DNA of 64,000 nt from Candidatus Methanomethylicaceae archaeon GD_Cm_T35_P0_bin.15 (GTDB taxonomy: Archaea; Thermoproteota; Methanomethylicia; Methanomethylicales; Methanomethylicaceae). Below, piece after piece: positions 11,001-20,040 of the stretch (positions are counted from its first letter, which is position 1; every line of letters begins with the position of its first letter). Under the pieces are notes generated by a model that was given only the letters and a program-made list of their open reading frames with translations, was not told the DNA's origin and did not search any database. The DNA lies in assembly GCA_038801785.1 (NCBI GenBank), contig JAULTD010000003.1:15169-79168 (forward strand), read 5' to 3'. Position numbers and translations under genes: made by a program.

Positions 11001-11217
11001 CGCCTGTCCAACTGACAGTCACTGAAGGAGTGGCCGTACTAGCTAGATCAGCATCGGTAAGGGTGACTTTCATTACCGCGCCAGGATATAAGTATGGCGA
11101 AGAGAGTTCGAGTGTACCGACGGTCGCAGACTGCACTGGAACGACGCATGCAAACACTGAAAGCACCATGGTTGCCATTAAAAAGGTACTTAATACCTTC
11201 TTCATTTCTATTTTCAC
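8041..11217 (-). CDS. Large Thr/Ser-rich exported glycoprotein, probable S-layer protein (SlaA-like)
   Basis: Signal peptide, 7 repeats of a TETGxNTGxF-like motif, many N-x-S/T sequons, no C-terminal TM, lower GC than flanking genes. Confidence 0.75.
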   Translation of the reverse strand: MKIEMKKVLSTFLMATMVLSVFACVVPVQSATVGTLELSSPYLYPGAVMKVTLTDADLASTATPSVTVSWTGGSAAVPLTFTGSAGVFAANITNALGFGTGTVTVSYADESPSGTISKSFVSGTYEATSSDITFDRTTSYPLNGYIQINIKDWDWNTNPYVAESVTLGVSLTPVSGGTANTTFTTFTETGPSTGIFRYTTSYWTQDVFSNYTTNLSGTTGPVKVTYLNESANPFTYITLASSAVSMDVPSTFTTSGNLAITINDPNANQKSYDAEDLSFAGTNVTVVTSDGDTETFTTQFDETSANSGQFTYAVPVVIGTPTNGTGKIEVASGDVTVTVTYYYGNTVKASATSTLDTSPAAAIATDKSMYRAGASVTMTVTAPALNDDTAIINFFQGSTTVGYINAVPFTLNSIPIGQLTVKVNGVLANASSAQTITFIETGTNTGVYTATLDLSKVTKNGTALANDDVVVISWNDTTNAATSSASFTIGVAAATFTLDRTSYPTPRDGAVTAYVTVTDSEANTNAATIQNSYAYFLVYNYSGSVIASQNVTLTETGANTGTFTGSYVIAKNTGAEYIGGWLKVLYTDPATAANISQTVYFSLTNAAISVNTSSVTPGQAFKITVTDPDMNFNSKSPQSIDVDYSYTDASGTAQTGTWALTETGADTGIFTATNSVGTSTFNMEPGSTITIRYNDTTPSFSTGTGGYGAKQSYTATVSMPSNTGTLSIDKTSYGPGATMKITVVDADLNTDINTVQTTTVTIRMSGTADEVITLTETNASSSTFTGSKTWGTAGTLIGKAFQVYYQDAADASGATAYATVTGQIVSVDGVVTFGKTAYLTSEIVTVTITDSDANSNPSAIEHVNVAITSTSDPIGQTFVATETGINTGVFTIQFQISSTLTTGKVYAKNGDTLTAKYTDAYPADYGTTGKTKDFTGTATVGVTVERPVPASDMQFLDPSTGQPVSATTGTTLMLQATLKNEDSASKSFTAIFKVIDANGVTISISWVTGTLAAGQTMSPAVSWMPTAAGAYTVEVLVIKSISEPTPYSDKVSQSLTVA

Positions 11218-11261
11218 CTTATGACCTATTGGGTAGGCCCAAGCGATTGTAGCGCCATGTC

Positions 11262-11270
11262 TTTATAAAT
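11262..11270 (-). promoter_or_regulatory. Putative TATA box of the S-layer operon
   Basis: ATTTATAAA on the minus strand about 45 nt upstream of the start codon. Confidence 0.45.
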
Positions 11271-11444
11271 AGGTTCGCTATACTGATGTTTTATTTTGTT
11301 GTCATTTGAAATTAGAAGATAGAAAACGATGTACCGATGCAAACGTATATACACAAGCGGCATCCCGTCGGGGCACCGCGGCGACGGCGGGGAAAGTCGC
11401 AGCATGAGGTTGTCGATAGTCTTAAGACTTTTCAGCAAGCATAG

Positions 11445-12011
11445 ATGCCAGCGAAGGCGGTCCAGATGAGGAGAAAGTTCCTGGCTGCGAGGCACGATCT
11501 GGCCCAGAGGGTGAACGAGAGCTCGAAGAGCAGCGGGAGGACGGTCTTCAGCATCGTCAACGAGGCGCTCTCTGCCTTCCTCGAGGCCGAGGAGAGCGGC
11601 AGGAGCCTCTCTTCGGTGATGGACGAGCAGAAGATGATCCACTCCGCCAAGAACTCGGGCATGATCCTCGTGCCGGAGACCTGCTGGGAGAGGCTCCTCG
11701 AATCTTCGCACGACTGCCAGGCAGTGTATGAGGGGTGGAGGGCGTCAGGGGCGGTCTTCGGCAGGTACCTGAGGGTCAGCGGGCTCTCTGAGGACCCGCG
11801 GAAGGTCGAGGCCGCACTCAGGACGGTGGCGGGCGGGATCCCTGACATCACAATCCAGAGGGACAGGCTCCTCTTCATATCCCCTAGGCTCGGCGAGAGG
11901 CAGACCGAGGCGGTAGCCGCCTTCCTTGAGGGCGTGCTTGCCGGCCTCGACCTGGGAGTGACGGGGAAGGAAGTCTCGAAGGGAATCGTTGTCATAGGGT
12001 TGAAGAGATGA
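11445..12011 (+). CDS. Hypothetical protein with ribbon-helix-helix-like N-terminus (paralog of next gene)
   Basis: RKFLAARHDLAQRV...GRTVFSIVNEAL beta-alpha-alpha pattern; aligns by eye with 12013..12603. Confidence 0.6.
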   Translation: MPAKAVQMRRKFLAARHDLAQRVNESSKSSGRTVFSIVNEALSAFLEAEESGRSLSSVMDEQKMIHSAKNSGMILVPETCWERLLESSHDCQAVYEGWRASGAVFGRYLRVSGLSEDPRKVEAALRTVAGGIPDITIQRDRLLFISPRLGERQTEAVAAFLEGVLAGLDLGVTGKEVSKGIVVIGLKR

Positions 12012-12012
12012 T

Positions 12013-12603
12013 ATGAGGAGAAGTGAGGGAGAGCGGTTGCCCGAGAAGGTGGAGAAGAAGCTGGTCGTCGTCAGGTCTGACATACTCGGGCAGATCACGG
12101 AGATCGCAAGGAGGGAGAACAAGACCCTCTTCGCCCTCGTCAACGAGATACTGCAGAACGCCCTGGCCGCGAACGAGACTGGGGTGACCGTGGGCGAGCT
12201 GGCAGACTTTTACCGGTGCCTCAAGATCGCCAAGGACTCGGGATCGCTGATAGTCCCCTCGGACCTCTTCATCAGCCTCATGGACAGGTGCGACTACAAC
12301 GACAACCTGAAGAAGGAGTGGTACTCGGCAGGGCAGTGGTACGGCAAGTACCTCTCTGCAAAGTTCGGGGAGCCCATAAAGGTGCTGCCCGGCCTCTTAC
12401 CCAAGATACTCTGGCACCTCTCCGAGGTCCTGATCGAGGTCAGGGACGGTACGGTGGCGGTGAGCATCATCGGCCCCAACTCCAACCCGAAGCTCCTCGA
12501 GCTGACGGGCAGGTATATCGAGGGGCTGATGCACGCCCTGGGGGCGAAGACCCTCAAGGACGAGACCATCAGAGGGGTAGAGAGCTTCGTGTTCCAGCTC
12601 TAG
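12013..12603 (+). CDS. Hypothetical protein with ribbon-helix-helix-like N-terminus
   Basis: KKLVVVRSDILGQITEIARRENKTLFALVNEIL; shares AKxSG..IVP and W..SG..YGKYL motifs with upstream paralog. Confidence 0.65.
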   Translation: MRRSEGERLPEKVEKKLVVVRSDILGQITEIARRENKTLFALVNEILQNALAANETGVTVGELADFYRCLKIAKDSGSLIVPSDLFISLMDRCDYNDNLKKEWYSAGQWYGKYLSAKFGEPIKVLPGLLPKILWHLSEVLIEVRDGTVAVSIIGPNSNPKLLELTGRYIEGLMHALGAKTLKDETIRGVESFVFQL

Positions 12604-12663
12604 GCCGGCACCCGGGTGTCTCGGGGCGGCATACGGGCGGGGAAAAGGTGGAAGGGGTGACGC

Positions 12664-13461
12664 TTATCCGGTATCGCTCTCCCGGAGTTCGCCGCCTGCA
12701 GGCACTATCAGCCTCACGCGATTGTGGCTGATGCTCTCCACCTCGACGCCGTAGACGCTCTCTATGTTCTCCTCCGTGACAACCTCCCCAGCGCTCCCGA
12801 AGGAGACGATCCGCCCGCCGCTCATCAGCGCGATAGTGTCGGCGAAGAGGAGGGCGTGGTTGGGGTCGTGGAGGCTCATGACCACCCCGATCCCCTTCTC
12901 CGCGGAGATCCTCCTGACCATCTTGAGGACGGCCAGCTGGTTCCTAAAGTCGAGGTGGGCTGTCGGCTCGTCCAGGAGGAGGACCTTCGGCTCCTGCACC
13001 AGCGCCCGGGCTATCAGTGCGAGCTGGCGTTCGCCGCCGCTTATCTGCGTGTAGGGCCGGTCCCTGAAGGCGCTCAGGCCGACTACCCCCAGCGCGTTCT
13101 CCGCCAGGGCATAGTCCGAGCCCGAGGGCTGCTGGAAGATGCCGAGGTGCGACGTCCGCCCCATCACCACCACATCGAAGACGGTGTAGGGGAAGGGCGG
13201 ATCGTGGGACTGCGGGACGTAGCCGACGAGCCGGGCCAGATCCGCCCTCCCGGCGGTGGAGACGTCGATGCCGTCTATGCGGATCTTCCCGGCCTTGACC
13301 GGCAGGAGGGCGTTTATGCACTTGAGGAGGGTGGTCTTGCCCGAACCGTTGGGGCCCAAGAGGGCGACGACCTCGCCCCTCTCGACCTCCAGGCTCACGT
13401 CCTTGAGGCAGAAGTCTAGCCCGTACGAGAAGGAGAGGCCGCTGACCTGTATCACCGCCAT
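12664..13461 (-). CDS. Iron-siderophore/cobalamin ABC transporter ATPase (FepC/BtuD family)
   Basis: Walker A GPNGSGKT, signature ISGGERQ, Walker B LLLDEPT, H-loop LHDPN; start MAVIQV at 13461. Confidence 0.93.
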   Translation of the reverse strand: MAVIQVSGLSFSYGLDFCLKDVSLEVERGEVVALLGPNGSGKTTLLKCINALLPVKAGKIRIDGIDVSTAGRADLARLVGYVPQSHDPPFPYTVFDVVVMGRTSHLGIFQQPSGSDYALAENALGVVGLSAFRDRPYTQISGGERQLALIARALVQEPKVLLLDEPTAHLDFRNQLAVLKMVRRISAEKGIGVVMSLHDPNHALLFADTIALMSGGRIVSFGSAGEVVTEENIESVYGVEVESISHNRVRLIVPAGGELRESDTG

Positions 13462-14474
13462 ACGAACCCACCCTTCCTCTTCAGCAGGTACATGAAGAAC
13501 GGGGCGCCGCAGATAGTCGTGAGGATCCCCACGGGTATCTCTGCCGTGGTGAGCGATCTCGCGAGGTCGTCCGCCAGCAGGAGGAAGACGGCTCCGAGGC
13601 TCGCCGAGAGCGGGATCACGACCCGGTTGTCCGGCGTCCCGGTGAGCATCCGGATCATGTGGGGGACGACCAGGCCGACCCAGCCGATTATCCCGGCCAC
13701 AGAGACGAACGCCGAGGCCATCAGTGTGGACGCTATAAGGATTATGAAGCGATCCCGCTCGACGTTCACGCCCAGCGACTTGGCCTCCTCGTCCCCCATG
13801 GAGAGGACGTTGAGCCTCCACCTCATGAGGAAGACCACCAGGAAGCCGACCAGTATGAGGGGCACGGTCTGCATTACTTCGCCCCACCCGGTCGATGCCA
13901 GGCTGCCCATCAGCCAGTAGACGACGTTGGCCAGCCGGTACTGGTCGGTGTAGAATTTTATGACCGAGAGGGCAGCGGTGAAGAGCGCGGTGACTATGAC
14001 CCCTGCCAGTATGAGCGATATCGTGGGGGTCTCGCCCTTCGTCCTCGCGGCGGAGAAGGAGATGAAGAATGCAAGGAAGCCGAAGGAGAATGCCAGGAGC
14101 TGGACGAGCCCGGGGATGCCCGGCAGGAAGGCGATGGCGAGAGCCGCGCCGAACCCAGCCCCCGCTGATACGCCCAGCAGGTAAGAGTCGACCAAGGGGT
14201 TCCTGAAGAGCCCCTGGAGCGATGCGCCCGACATCGAGAGGGCTATCCCACCCGCAACAGCGAGGATGATCCGCGGGAGGCGGATGTCGAAGAGAACCTG
14301 CTCGTAGACGGCGGGCCAAGAGTTGTGCGGGAGCGGGAACATCTTGCAGGCGAGGATGCTGAGCACGGTGTCGGGGGGGAGCGGGTAGGCGCCGACCATC
14401 AGGGAGGCGACTATGACAGGCAGCGGGACCAGCAGCAGGAGTGCCGCCTTTCCCTTCACGCCGAGTATCCTCAT
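13452..14474 (-). CDS. FecCD/BtuC-family ABC permease
   Basis: IRLPR, QGLFRNPL, GVSAGAG, WLMGSL, GWVGLVVPH, EIPVG motifs. Confidence 0.94.
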   Translation of the reverse strand: MRILGVKGKAALLLLVPLPVIVASLMVGAYPLPPDTVLSILACKMFPLPHNSWPAVYEQVLFDIRLPRIILAVAGGIALSMSGASLQGLFRNPLVDSYLLGVSAGAGFGAALAIAFLPGIPGLVQLLAFSFGFLAFFISFSAARTKGETPTISLILAGVIVTALFTAALSVIKFYTDQYRLANVVYWLMGSLASTGWGEVMQTVPLILVGFLVVFLMRWRLNVLSMGDEEAKSLGVNVERDRFIILIASTLMASAFVSVAGIIGWVGLVVPHMIRMLTGTPDNRVVIPLSASLGAVFLLLADDLARSLTTAEIPVGILTTICGAPFFMYLLKRKGGFVWR

Positions 14475-14564
14475 CGCATTACACCCGCTGTTACTGTTGT
14501 CACCATCATTGTCGCAGCCACATCATATGCACCGGCACAGGGTCAGCCTCAGCACCGATCAGCA

Positions 14565-15614
14565 TCAGCGCCGGTAGAAGCGGTCCAGCAGGGCGCTGGC
14601 CTCCGAGCCCCAGTCGAGGTCGCTGAAGCGGGACGGCTGGATGATCTCCGCCAGCTGCATCTCGCCGATCACCATCCTCGGCCCCCAGTCTAGGTACGCG
14701 CCCGGGTCCTTGTAGCCTATGAGCAGCTTGAAGACGCTGCCGCTCCTGACAGCGTCCAGCTCGTCCCACAGCGCCCCCGTGAGGTTGAGCTTCGAGAGGG
14801 CCTCCGAGTCCCTGCTGACGACCACTATGATGTCGGGGTTCCACGCGAGTATCCGCTCGAACGCCACCTGGTAAGACTGCTGGCCGGGGGAGTCCCTGAG
14901 GGCCAAGTTGATGCCGCCCACGTCCTCCACGGCCTTCCCCCAGACGCTGTTGGCGTATACGTATATCTTACCCTCGCTCCAGACGTCGAGGGAGCAGATC
15001 AGGACGCGGGGCTTCTCCGAGTCCGGGATCGACGAGGCCCTTGAGAGGACCGCAGAGTGCCTGCTCTCGAGATAGTCCGCCAGCTCTTCTGCCCTCGCCT
15101 CCGTCCCGAGGGCGCCCCCGATAATCCTAATGGCCCGGAGCTGGTCAGCCATGCTCTGCGAGGAGATCGCCACCACGCTGATGTTGAGGCGTTCCAGGCT
15201 CGCCACCAGGTCCTGGGAGGAGCCATAGCCGTAATCAGTTATCACCAGATCAGGCTTCAGCGCGACGAGCGTCTCGATGTTTATGCCCCTGAAGAGGTCG
15301 CCGACCACGGTCTGGCTCCTGACGCTTTCTGGAACGAAGACCGAGTCCCTGGTGTACTTGTCTATGCCGACGATCCTCTCGCCACAGTCAAGGACGCAGG
15401 CGATCTCGGTCCAGTAGGACCCGATGACAACCACCCGCTGCACGGGCGCCGGGACCTGGACGACCCTGCCCGCCATGTCGATGACTGTGCCCTCCCCGGT
15501 CCCGGGGGCGGGCGGGGACATCACTCCTGAGAGGAAGCAGGCGCCTGCAGCTATGGCTGCGATGGCGATGATTATGATGACCGCATAAACGTTACCAAAG
15601 GCTCTCCTGTTCAA
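14565..15614 (-). CDS. Fe/B12-type ABC substrate-binding protein with N-terminal membrane anchor
   Basis: DMAGRVV..P..VQRVV, NIETLVALKPDLV, FERILAWNPDIIV. Confidence 0.9.
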   Translation of the reverse strand: MNRRAFGNVYAVIIIIAIAAIAAGACFLSGVMSPPAPGTGEGTVIDMAGRVVQVPAPVQRVVVIGSYWTEIACVLDCGERIVGIDKYTRDSVFVPESVRSQTVVGDLFRGINIETLVALKPDLVITDYGYGSSQDLVASLERLNISVVAISSQSMADQLRAIRIIGGALGTEARAEELADYLESRHSAVLSRASSIPDSEKPRVLICSLDVWSEGKIYVYANSVWGKAVEDVGGINLALRDSPGQQSYQVAFERILAWNPDIIVVVSRDSEALSKLNLTGALWDELDAVRSGSVFKLLIGYKDPGAYLDWGPRMVIGEMQLAEIIQPSRFSDLDWGSEASALLDRFYRR

Positions 15615-15806
15615 GGACGTATCCGACCCTCAAACCCATTGAGCGCTCTTTTTTTTAAATGCTTCGTTTCATATGAAACGACTCCCGGAGCGGGCATGGA
15701 GGGCATTTCGCGTCTCGGGAGCGCTGCGCCGTTCGGGGATGTTTGCGGGGGAAGGCGGGATGGGAGAGTCCGGGCGATCCTGCCGGGCAGAAAAGCCCGC
15801 CGGCCC

Positions 15807-17198
15807 TCATGCCGACTCGACGAGAACCTTGCCAGAGCAGATCAGCTCGCGGGTCTCCTCCGCGCTCCCCGACTCGGCGTATATCCTGACCACATCCTCC
15901 GTCCCGGACTTGCGGAAGAGGAGCCAGGACCCGTCCGAGAATTCCAGTTTGAGGCCGTCGGTCCTGTTCACTCGCGCGACCCTTCTCCCCGCGACCCAGC
16001 CCCCCACCTTCTCGCCGACCCTGTTTATGACGTCGGGCCGGATCACGCCGCGGAGGTCGAGCCGCTCCGAGACGGGGTGCCCGTACCTGCGGTAGATCTC
16101 GTCCATCAGGGAGTCGAGGGTCTTGCCGGCGGAAGCCGCGCTCTCGATCGCGAGGAGGGCGGAGGCCATGCCATCCTTCTCCGGGATGTGGCCGGCGAAG
16201 CTTATACCGCCGCTCTCCTCCCCGCCTATCACCACCCTCCCCTCCCTCAGCAAGGCGCCTATGTACTTGAAGCCGACCGGGACCTCGACGATGTCCCTCC
16301 CGTGGGATCTGGCGACGGAGTCGACGAGGCCGGAGGTCGCCACAGTCCTGGCCGCGTCGCCCATCATCCCCTTCTCGTCCATCAGGTGGAGGTAGATCAT
16401 GGGGAGGAGCTGGTTGGCCATCAGGAATTCGCCCTGCCGCGTCACCACTGCCAGGCGGTCGCCGTCGCCGTCGAGCGCCACGCCGGCGTCCAGCCCCCTG
16501 CTGACGACCGCTTCCCTCAGGCCAGAGAGGGCAGACGGTGTCGGGTCGGGGAGGGCGCCCCCGAAGTCGGGGTCAACGGTTCCCCTTATAGGGAGCACCT
16601 CCGCACCCGCCCTCCGCAGGAGGGCATCGATGACGCCGGCCGTCGCGCCGTGCATGGGGTCGACGGCCACCCTCAGGTTCAAGTCGGCCGAGAGGAGCCC
16701 CCCCACGTGGTCTGCGTATGCCGGCAGAGGGTCAAGCTCGGCGATCCCGCCCGATCGCCGGAGCTCCGCGTACCGGCTGCCATCCGGCCCCTTCTCGGGT
16801 ATGAGGCGCTCGATGGCCTCGGTGATATCGACGGTGGCCGGCCCGCCGTAGAAGGGGATGAACTTGATGCCGTTGTAGACCGCAGGGTTGTGCGAGGCGG
16901 TAATCATGATGGATCCAGAGAGGGAGAACCTGACGGCCGCGAAGGCGGCTACGGGGGTGGGCACCGGCCGGGACGGCATAAAAGACTGGATCCCCCTCCC
17001 CGCAAGGACCTCCGCGCACGCCTCCGCGAAGCCCCTCGATCCGGACCTCCCGTCGTAGCCGATGAAGACCCCCTTCCCGGGAGGCTTTGTGCCGAGGATA
17101 TAGTCGGCTATGGCCCGCGCCACCCTCCTCACGTTGCCGGTTGTAAAGTCGGCGTCGACTCTGGAACGCCAGCCGTCTGTCCCGAACTTGATGGTCAT
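15807..17198 (-). CDS. Phosphoglucomutase/phosphomannomutase
   Basis: FGTDGWR, ITASHNP, DGDGDR, GGEESG, RKSGTE motifs. Confidence 0.94.
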   Translation of the reverse strand: MTIKFGTDGWRSRVDADFTTGNVRRVARAIADYILGTKPPGKGVFIGYDGRSGSRGFAEACAEVLAGRGIQSFMPSRPVPTPVAAFAAVRFSLSGSIMITASHNPAVYNGIKFIPFYGGPATVDITEAIERLIPEKGPDGSRYAELRRSGGIAELDPLPAYADHVGGLLSADLNLRVAVDPMHGATAGVIDALLRRAGAEVLPIRGTVDPDFGGALPDPTPSALSGLREAVVSRGLDAGVALDGDGDRLAVVTRQGEFLMANQLLPMIYLHLMDEKGMMGDAARTVATSGLVDSVARSHGRDIVEVPVGFKYIGALLREGRVVIGGEESGGISFAGHIPEKDGMASALLAIESAASAGKTLDSLMDEIYRRYGHPVSERLDLRGVIRPDVINRVGEKVGGWVAGRRVARVNRTDGLKLEFSDGSWLLFRKSGTEDVVRIYAESGSAEETRELICSGKVLVESA

Positions 17199-17263
17199 CG
17201 CGGTGCCTCCGGGTCAGCAGGTTTATACCAGTACCAGCATCGATACAGATGGCGGGGGACGGA

Positions 17264-17710
17264 TCACCGCACTATGATGGTCGTGCAGGGGGCGTTTATC
17301 GCCACGGAGATCCCCACGCTGCCGAGGAGAAGGCTCCTCTTCGCACCGCAGTCCCTCGAACCCAAGATGACGCAGTCATAGTGTCCGTTGACGGCCTCCT
17401 TCAGTATCTCGTTGGCGGGGGACCCGCTGTCGGCCTCCGCGACCCTGAGGATGCGCCTCACGGTCAGGCCGTACGCCTTGCACCTCGACTCTGACGCCTC
17501 GAGGACGGACTCCCCGTAGCGCCTGATCTCGTCCATGGCCATCCTGCGGACCTCCTCCAGGACTGACTGGGAGCCGCAGAAGACGGGCGGGATCGCCACG
17601 TACATGAGGGTGAGCCTGGATCCCTCCCTCATGGAGTACTCCACGGCCATGTCGAGGGCCTTCATCGAGAGGGGCGACCCGTCCACCGGCACCAGTATGG
17701 TCTTGAACAG
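17264..17710 (-). CDS. Universal stress protein (UspA family), probable CTG start
   Basis: (M)FKTILVPVDGS ... DCVILGSR...LLGSV...APCTTIIVR. Confidence 0.88.
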   Translation of the reverse strand: MFKTILVPVDGSPLSMKALDMAVEYSMREGSRLTLMYVAIPPVFCGSQSVLEEVRRMAMDEIRRYGESVLEASESRCKAYGLTVRRILRVAEADSGSPANEILKEAVNGHYDCVILGSRDCGAKRSLLLGSVGISVAINAPCTTIIVR

Positions 17711-18736
17711 TCACGGCCACCTCCCTATCCCGAGGGTCTCGTCCGTGATGCGCATCGACTCTGCGGGGTCCTCTGCCAGGCCGGCAACCGCCCTTATGGC
17801 GTCCACGTTCTCGGGGACGACGATGGATTCCTGGTGGACGGCCTGGGTGAGGTAGACCTCGTTCCCGAACGACTTTACGGAAGCGCCCAGGACCACGAGC
17901 TCGGGCAGGTCGTACCTCTTCCTGCCGGTGTCCCTCGCGTACTCGACGATCTCTGAGGTGGACGTGATGCCCTCCCCAGGATCTATGACCTTGATCCGCC
18001 GGTAGGCCGAGAGGGCGCCGATCACGTCCTTCTCCGTCGCATTCTTCTTGAGCTCCAGGTTCAGGGTGTGGACGTGCATGAGTGTCGTCGGAACCGCGAA
18101 AGCGGTAGTCGTGATATCTATATGTGGGAGGACCTTCTGCAGGTCGGGCCCGTGGTGCGACGGGATGCTCACAGGATCGGGCGCGATGCTGTTGATGGGG
18201 CCCTTCTTGTCCTCCGAGGGGTCAGCGCCCCGCCTGATGAGCACCACCCGGGCCTTCCTTATGCCGAAGGCGCTGTCCAGCGCGTAGAGCGAGCGGCAGA
18301 GGCCGGTGGTGTTGCACGAGACGACCCTCACAGACTGCTTCCCGAGCGCGTCCTTGTAGTTGCACGTCGCGTTGAAGGAGAGGCCGGTGAGGTCGTGCTT
18401 CTCCCCCCCTTGGAAGATCGACCTGATCTTGCGTGAGTCGTAGAGGGGTTTGTACGTCGCGCCGACCTTACCCGGCGTGCAGTCGACCACCACATCCGCC
18501 TCCCCGAGGAGGTCGTCGAGGGTCCCGGCAACCTTCATGCCGGCGCCGTCGAAGAGCTTCAGCCTGTCGGCCGCGGAGGCGTAGACCTTGATGCCCATCC
18601 TCGAGGCCAGTTCTGCCTCGTAATTAGGCTTGGTCTTGGTGACGCCGACCAAGGTCATGTCGTCCTGCTTGAGGACGGCGTCGGCAACCCTCTTGCCTAT
18701 CGTTCCATACCCATTTACTGCGACTCTAACTTTCAT
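17711..18736 (-). CDS. gap: Glyceraldehyde-3-phosphate dehydrogenase, archaeal type II
   Basis: VNGYGTIGKRVADAV, VVSCNTTGL, SHHGPD, VHQESIVVPENVDAIRA. Confidence 0.97.
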   Translation of the reverse strand: MKVRVAVNGYGTIGKRVADAVLKQDDMTLVGVTKTKPNYEAELASRMGIKVYASAADRLKLFDGAGMKVAGTLDDLLGEADVVVDCTPGKVGATYKPLYDSRKIRSIFQGGEKHDLTGLSFNATCNYKDALGKQSVRVVSCNTTGLCRSLYALDSAFGIRKARVVLIRRGADPSEDKKGPINSIAPDPVSIPSHHGPDLQKVLPHIDITTTAFAVPTTLMHVHTLNLELKKNATEKDVIGALSAYRRIKVIDPGEGITSTSEIVEYARDTGRKRYDLPELVVLGASVKSFGNEVYLTQAVHQESIVVPENVDAIRAVAGLAEDPAESMRITDETLGIGRWP

Positions 18737-18741
18737 GGTGG

Positions 18742-20040
18742 TTACCTACTGATTGTTTTAAACTTCTGGGCAGATATAATTAAAGCTTCCAACGCGGGCA
18801 GCTTCTCGCCGGAGAGGAAGGTTATGAACGCACCACCGCCCGTGCTGAAGTACCCGACCTTCTGATCGATCTTGAGCCTCTCCGAGATGGCCCTCAGATG
18901 GCCGCCGCCGAGGAGGGTCTTCGCCCTTGTCCCGACGAGCGATCGGAGCAGGTCCTCCGAGCCCTTGGCGAACCTGGGATCCTCTATGTAGCCGGCCGGG
19001 CCCCGCATTATCACGGTCCTGGCTCGGCGGATCTCCTCGATGTAGAGCCGGGTCGTCTCCGGGCCTATGTCATAGACCGGCGTGTCGTCGGCTATGCCGT
19101 TGAGCGGGATCTCAGCCCTCTGGCCATTCCTCAGGATCGCGATGTCGACCGGCAGCATTATGTTCGCTCCGTACTTCCTGAGCAGGGCCTCCGCGCGGGG
19201 CAGCATGGCCTGCAGCCCTTTCCCTTCAAGGACTTTCTCCGTGGACCGGCCCAAGCGCTTCCCGTCAGCCAGGAGGAAGAGGTGGGAGATTATGCCCGTG
19301 AGCATCACCTTGTCTGCAATCCCCTTGGGGAGGAGGGTCTCCATGAGCTGGACCGAGTCGGGGACCTTGCCCCCTCCAAGGACGAATACTGTGGGCTTGG
19401 AGGAGGAGTGGAAGACGCTGTCGAGGAAGTCGACCTCGTACTGGAGGAGGCGCCCGCCAGCAGAGGGCATGACGGAAGGGAAGCCGACGAGCGACGGGTG
19501 GGACCTGTGCGCCGTGGCGAATGCGTCGTTCACGTATATGGAGAAGAGCGGGGAGAGGTACCTGACGAGGAAGGTCTTGGCCTGCGCCTCCGGCACCTTC
19601 TCCATGTTCTCCTCCGAGTAGAAGCGGACGTTCTCGAGGAGGATCACCTCTCCAGGCTTCATGGCGGAGATGGAAGAGCGCGCGCACGGGCCGAATATGT
19701 CCTGGACGTAGTTGACATTGGCCCCGACATAGTCGGAGAGGAGGGGGGCGTGGGCCTCCAGGGTGGTAAAGTCGCTGTCCCCGGGTCTCCCCTGATGCGC
19801 CAAGATGGCGACGGACGCGCCCTTGTCGATCAGCTCCCTGACTGTCGCCGCGTGGCTCTTTATCCTCGTATCGTCAAGGATCCTGTTGGTCTTCGGATCG
19901 ATCGGCGAGTTGATGTCGACCCGGAGGAGGACCCGCTTGTTCTCAAAATCGAAGTCGTCCATGGTGTAGAAGGGGGGGCGTGCAGCTGTGCTGATGTCGG
20001 TATCGGTATCGGGACTGGGGTTGGGATTAGTGCTATTCAT
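18742..20040 (-). CDS. pgk: Phosphoglycerate kinase
   Basis: RVDINSP, AHQGRPG, LLENVRF, NDAFATAHR, GGGK, DIGPET, STGGGA. Confidence 0.97.
   Translation of the reverse strand: MNSTNPNPSPDTDTDISTAARPPFYTMDDFDFENKRVLLRVDINSPIDPKTNRILDDTRIKSHAATVRELIDKGASVAILAHQGRPGDSDFTTLEAHAPLLSDYVGANVNYVQDIFGPCARSSISAMKPGEVILLENVRFYSEENMEKVPEAQAKTFLVRYLSPLFSIYVNDAFATAHRSHPSLVGFPSVMPSAGGRLLQYEVDFLDSVFHSSSKPTVFVLGGGKVPDSVQLMETLLPKGIADKVMLTGIISHLFLLADGKRLGRSTEKVLEGKGLQAMLPRAEALLRKYGANIMLPVDIAILRNGQRAEIPLNGIADDTPVYDIGPETTRLYIEEIRRARTVIMRGPAGYIEDPRFAKGSEDLLRSLVGTRAKTLLGGGHLRAISERLKIDQKVGYFSTGGGAFITFLSGEKLPALEALIISAQKFKTISR

Noticed and set aside
15639-17381. Long antisense/shadow ORFs (e.g. 15639..17381+, 21461..23356+, 5281..6747-, 54749..56074+)
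   Set aside because: They overlap well-supported genes on the opposite strand and reflect stop-codon scarcity in GC-rich DNA
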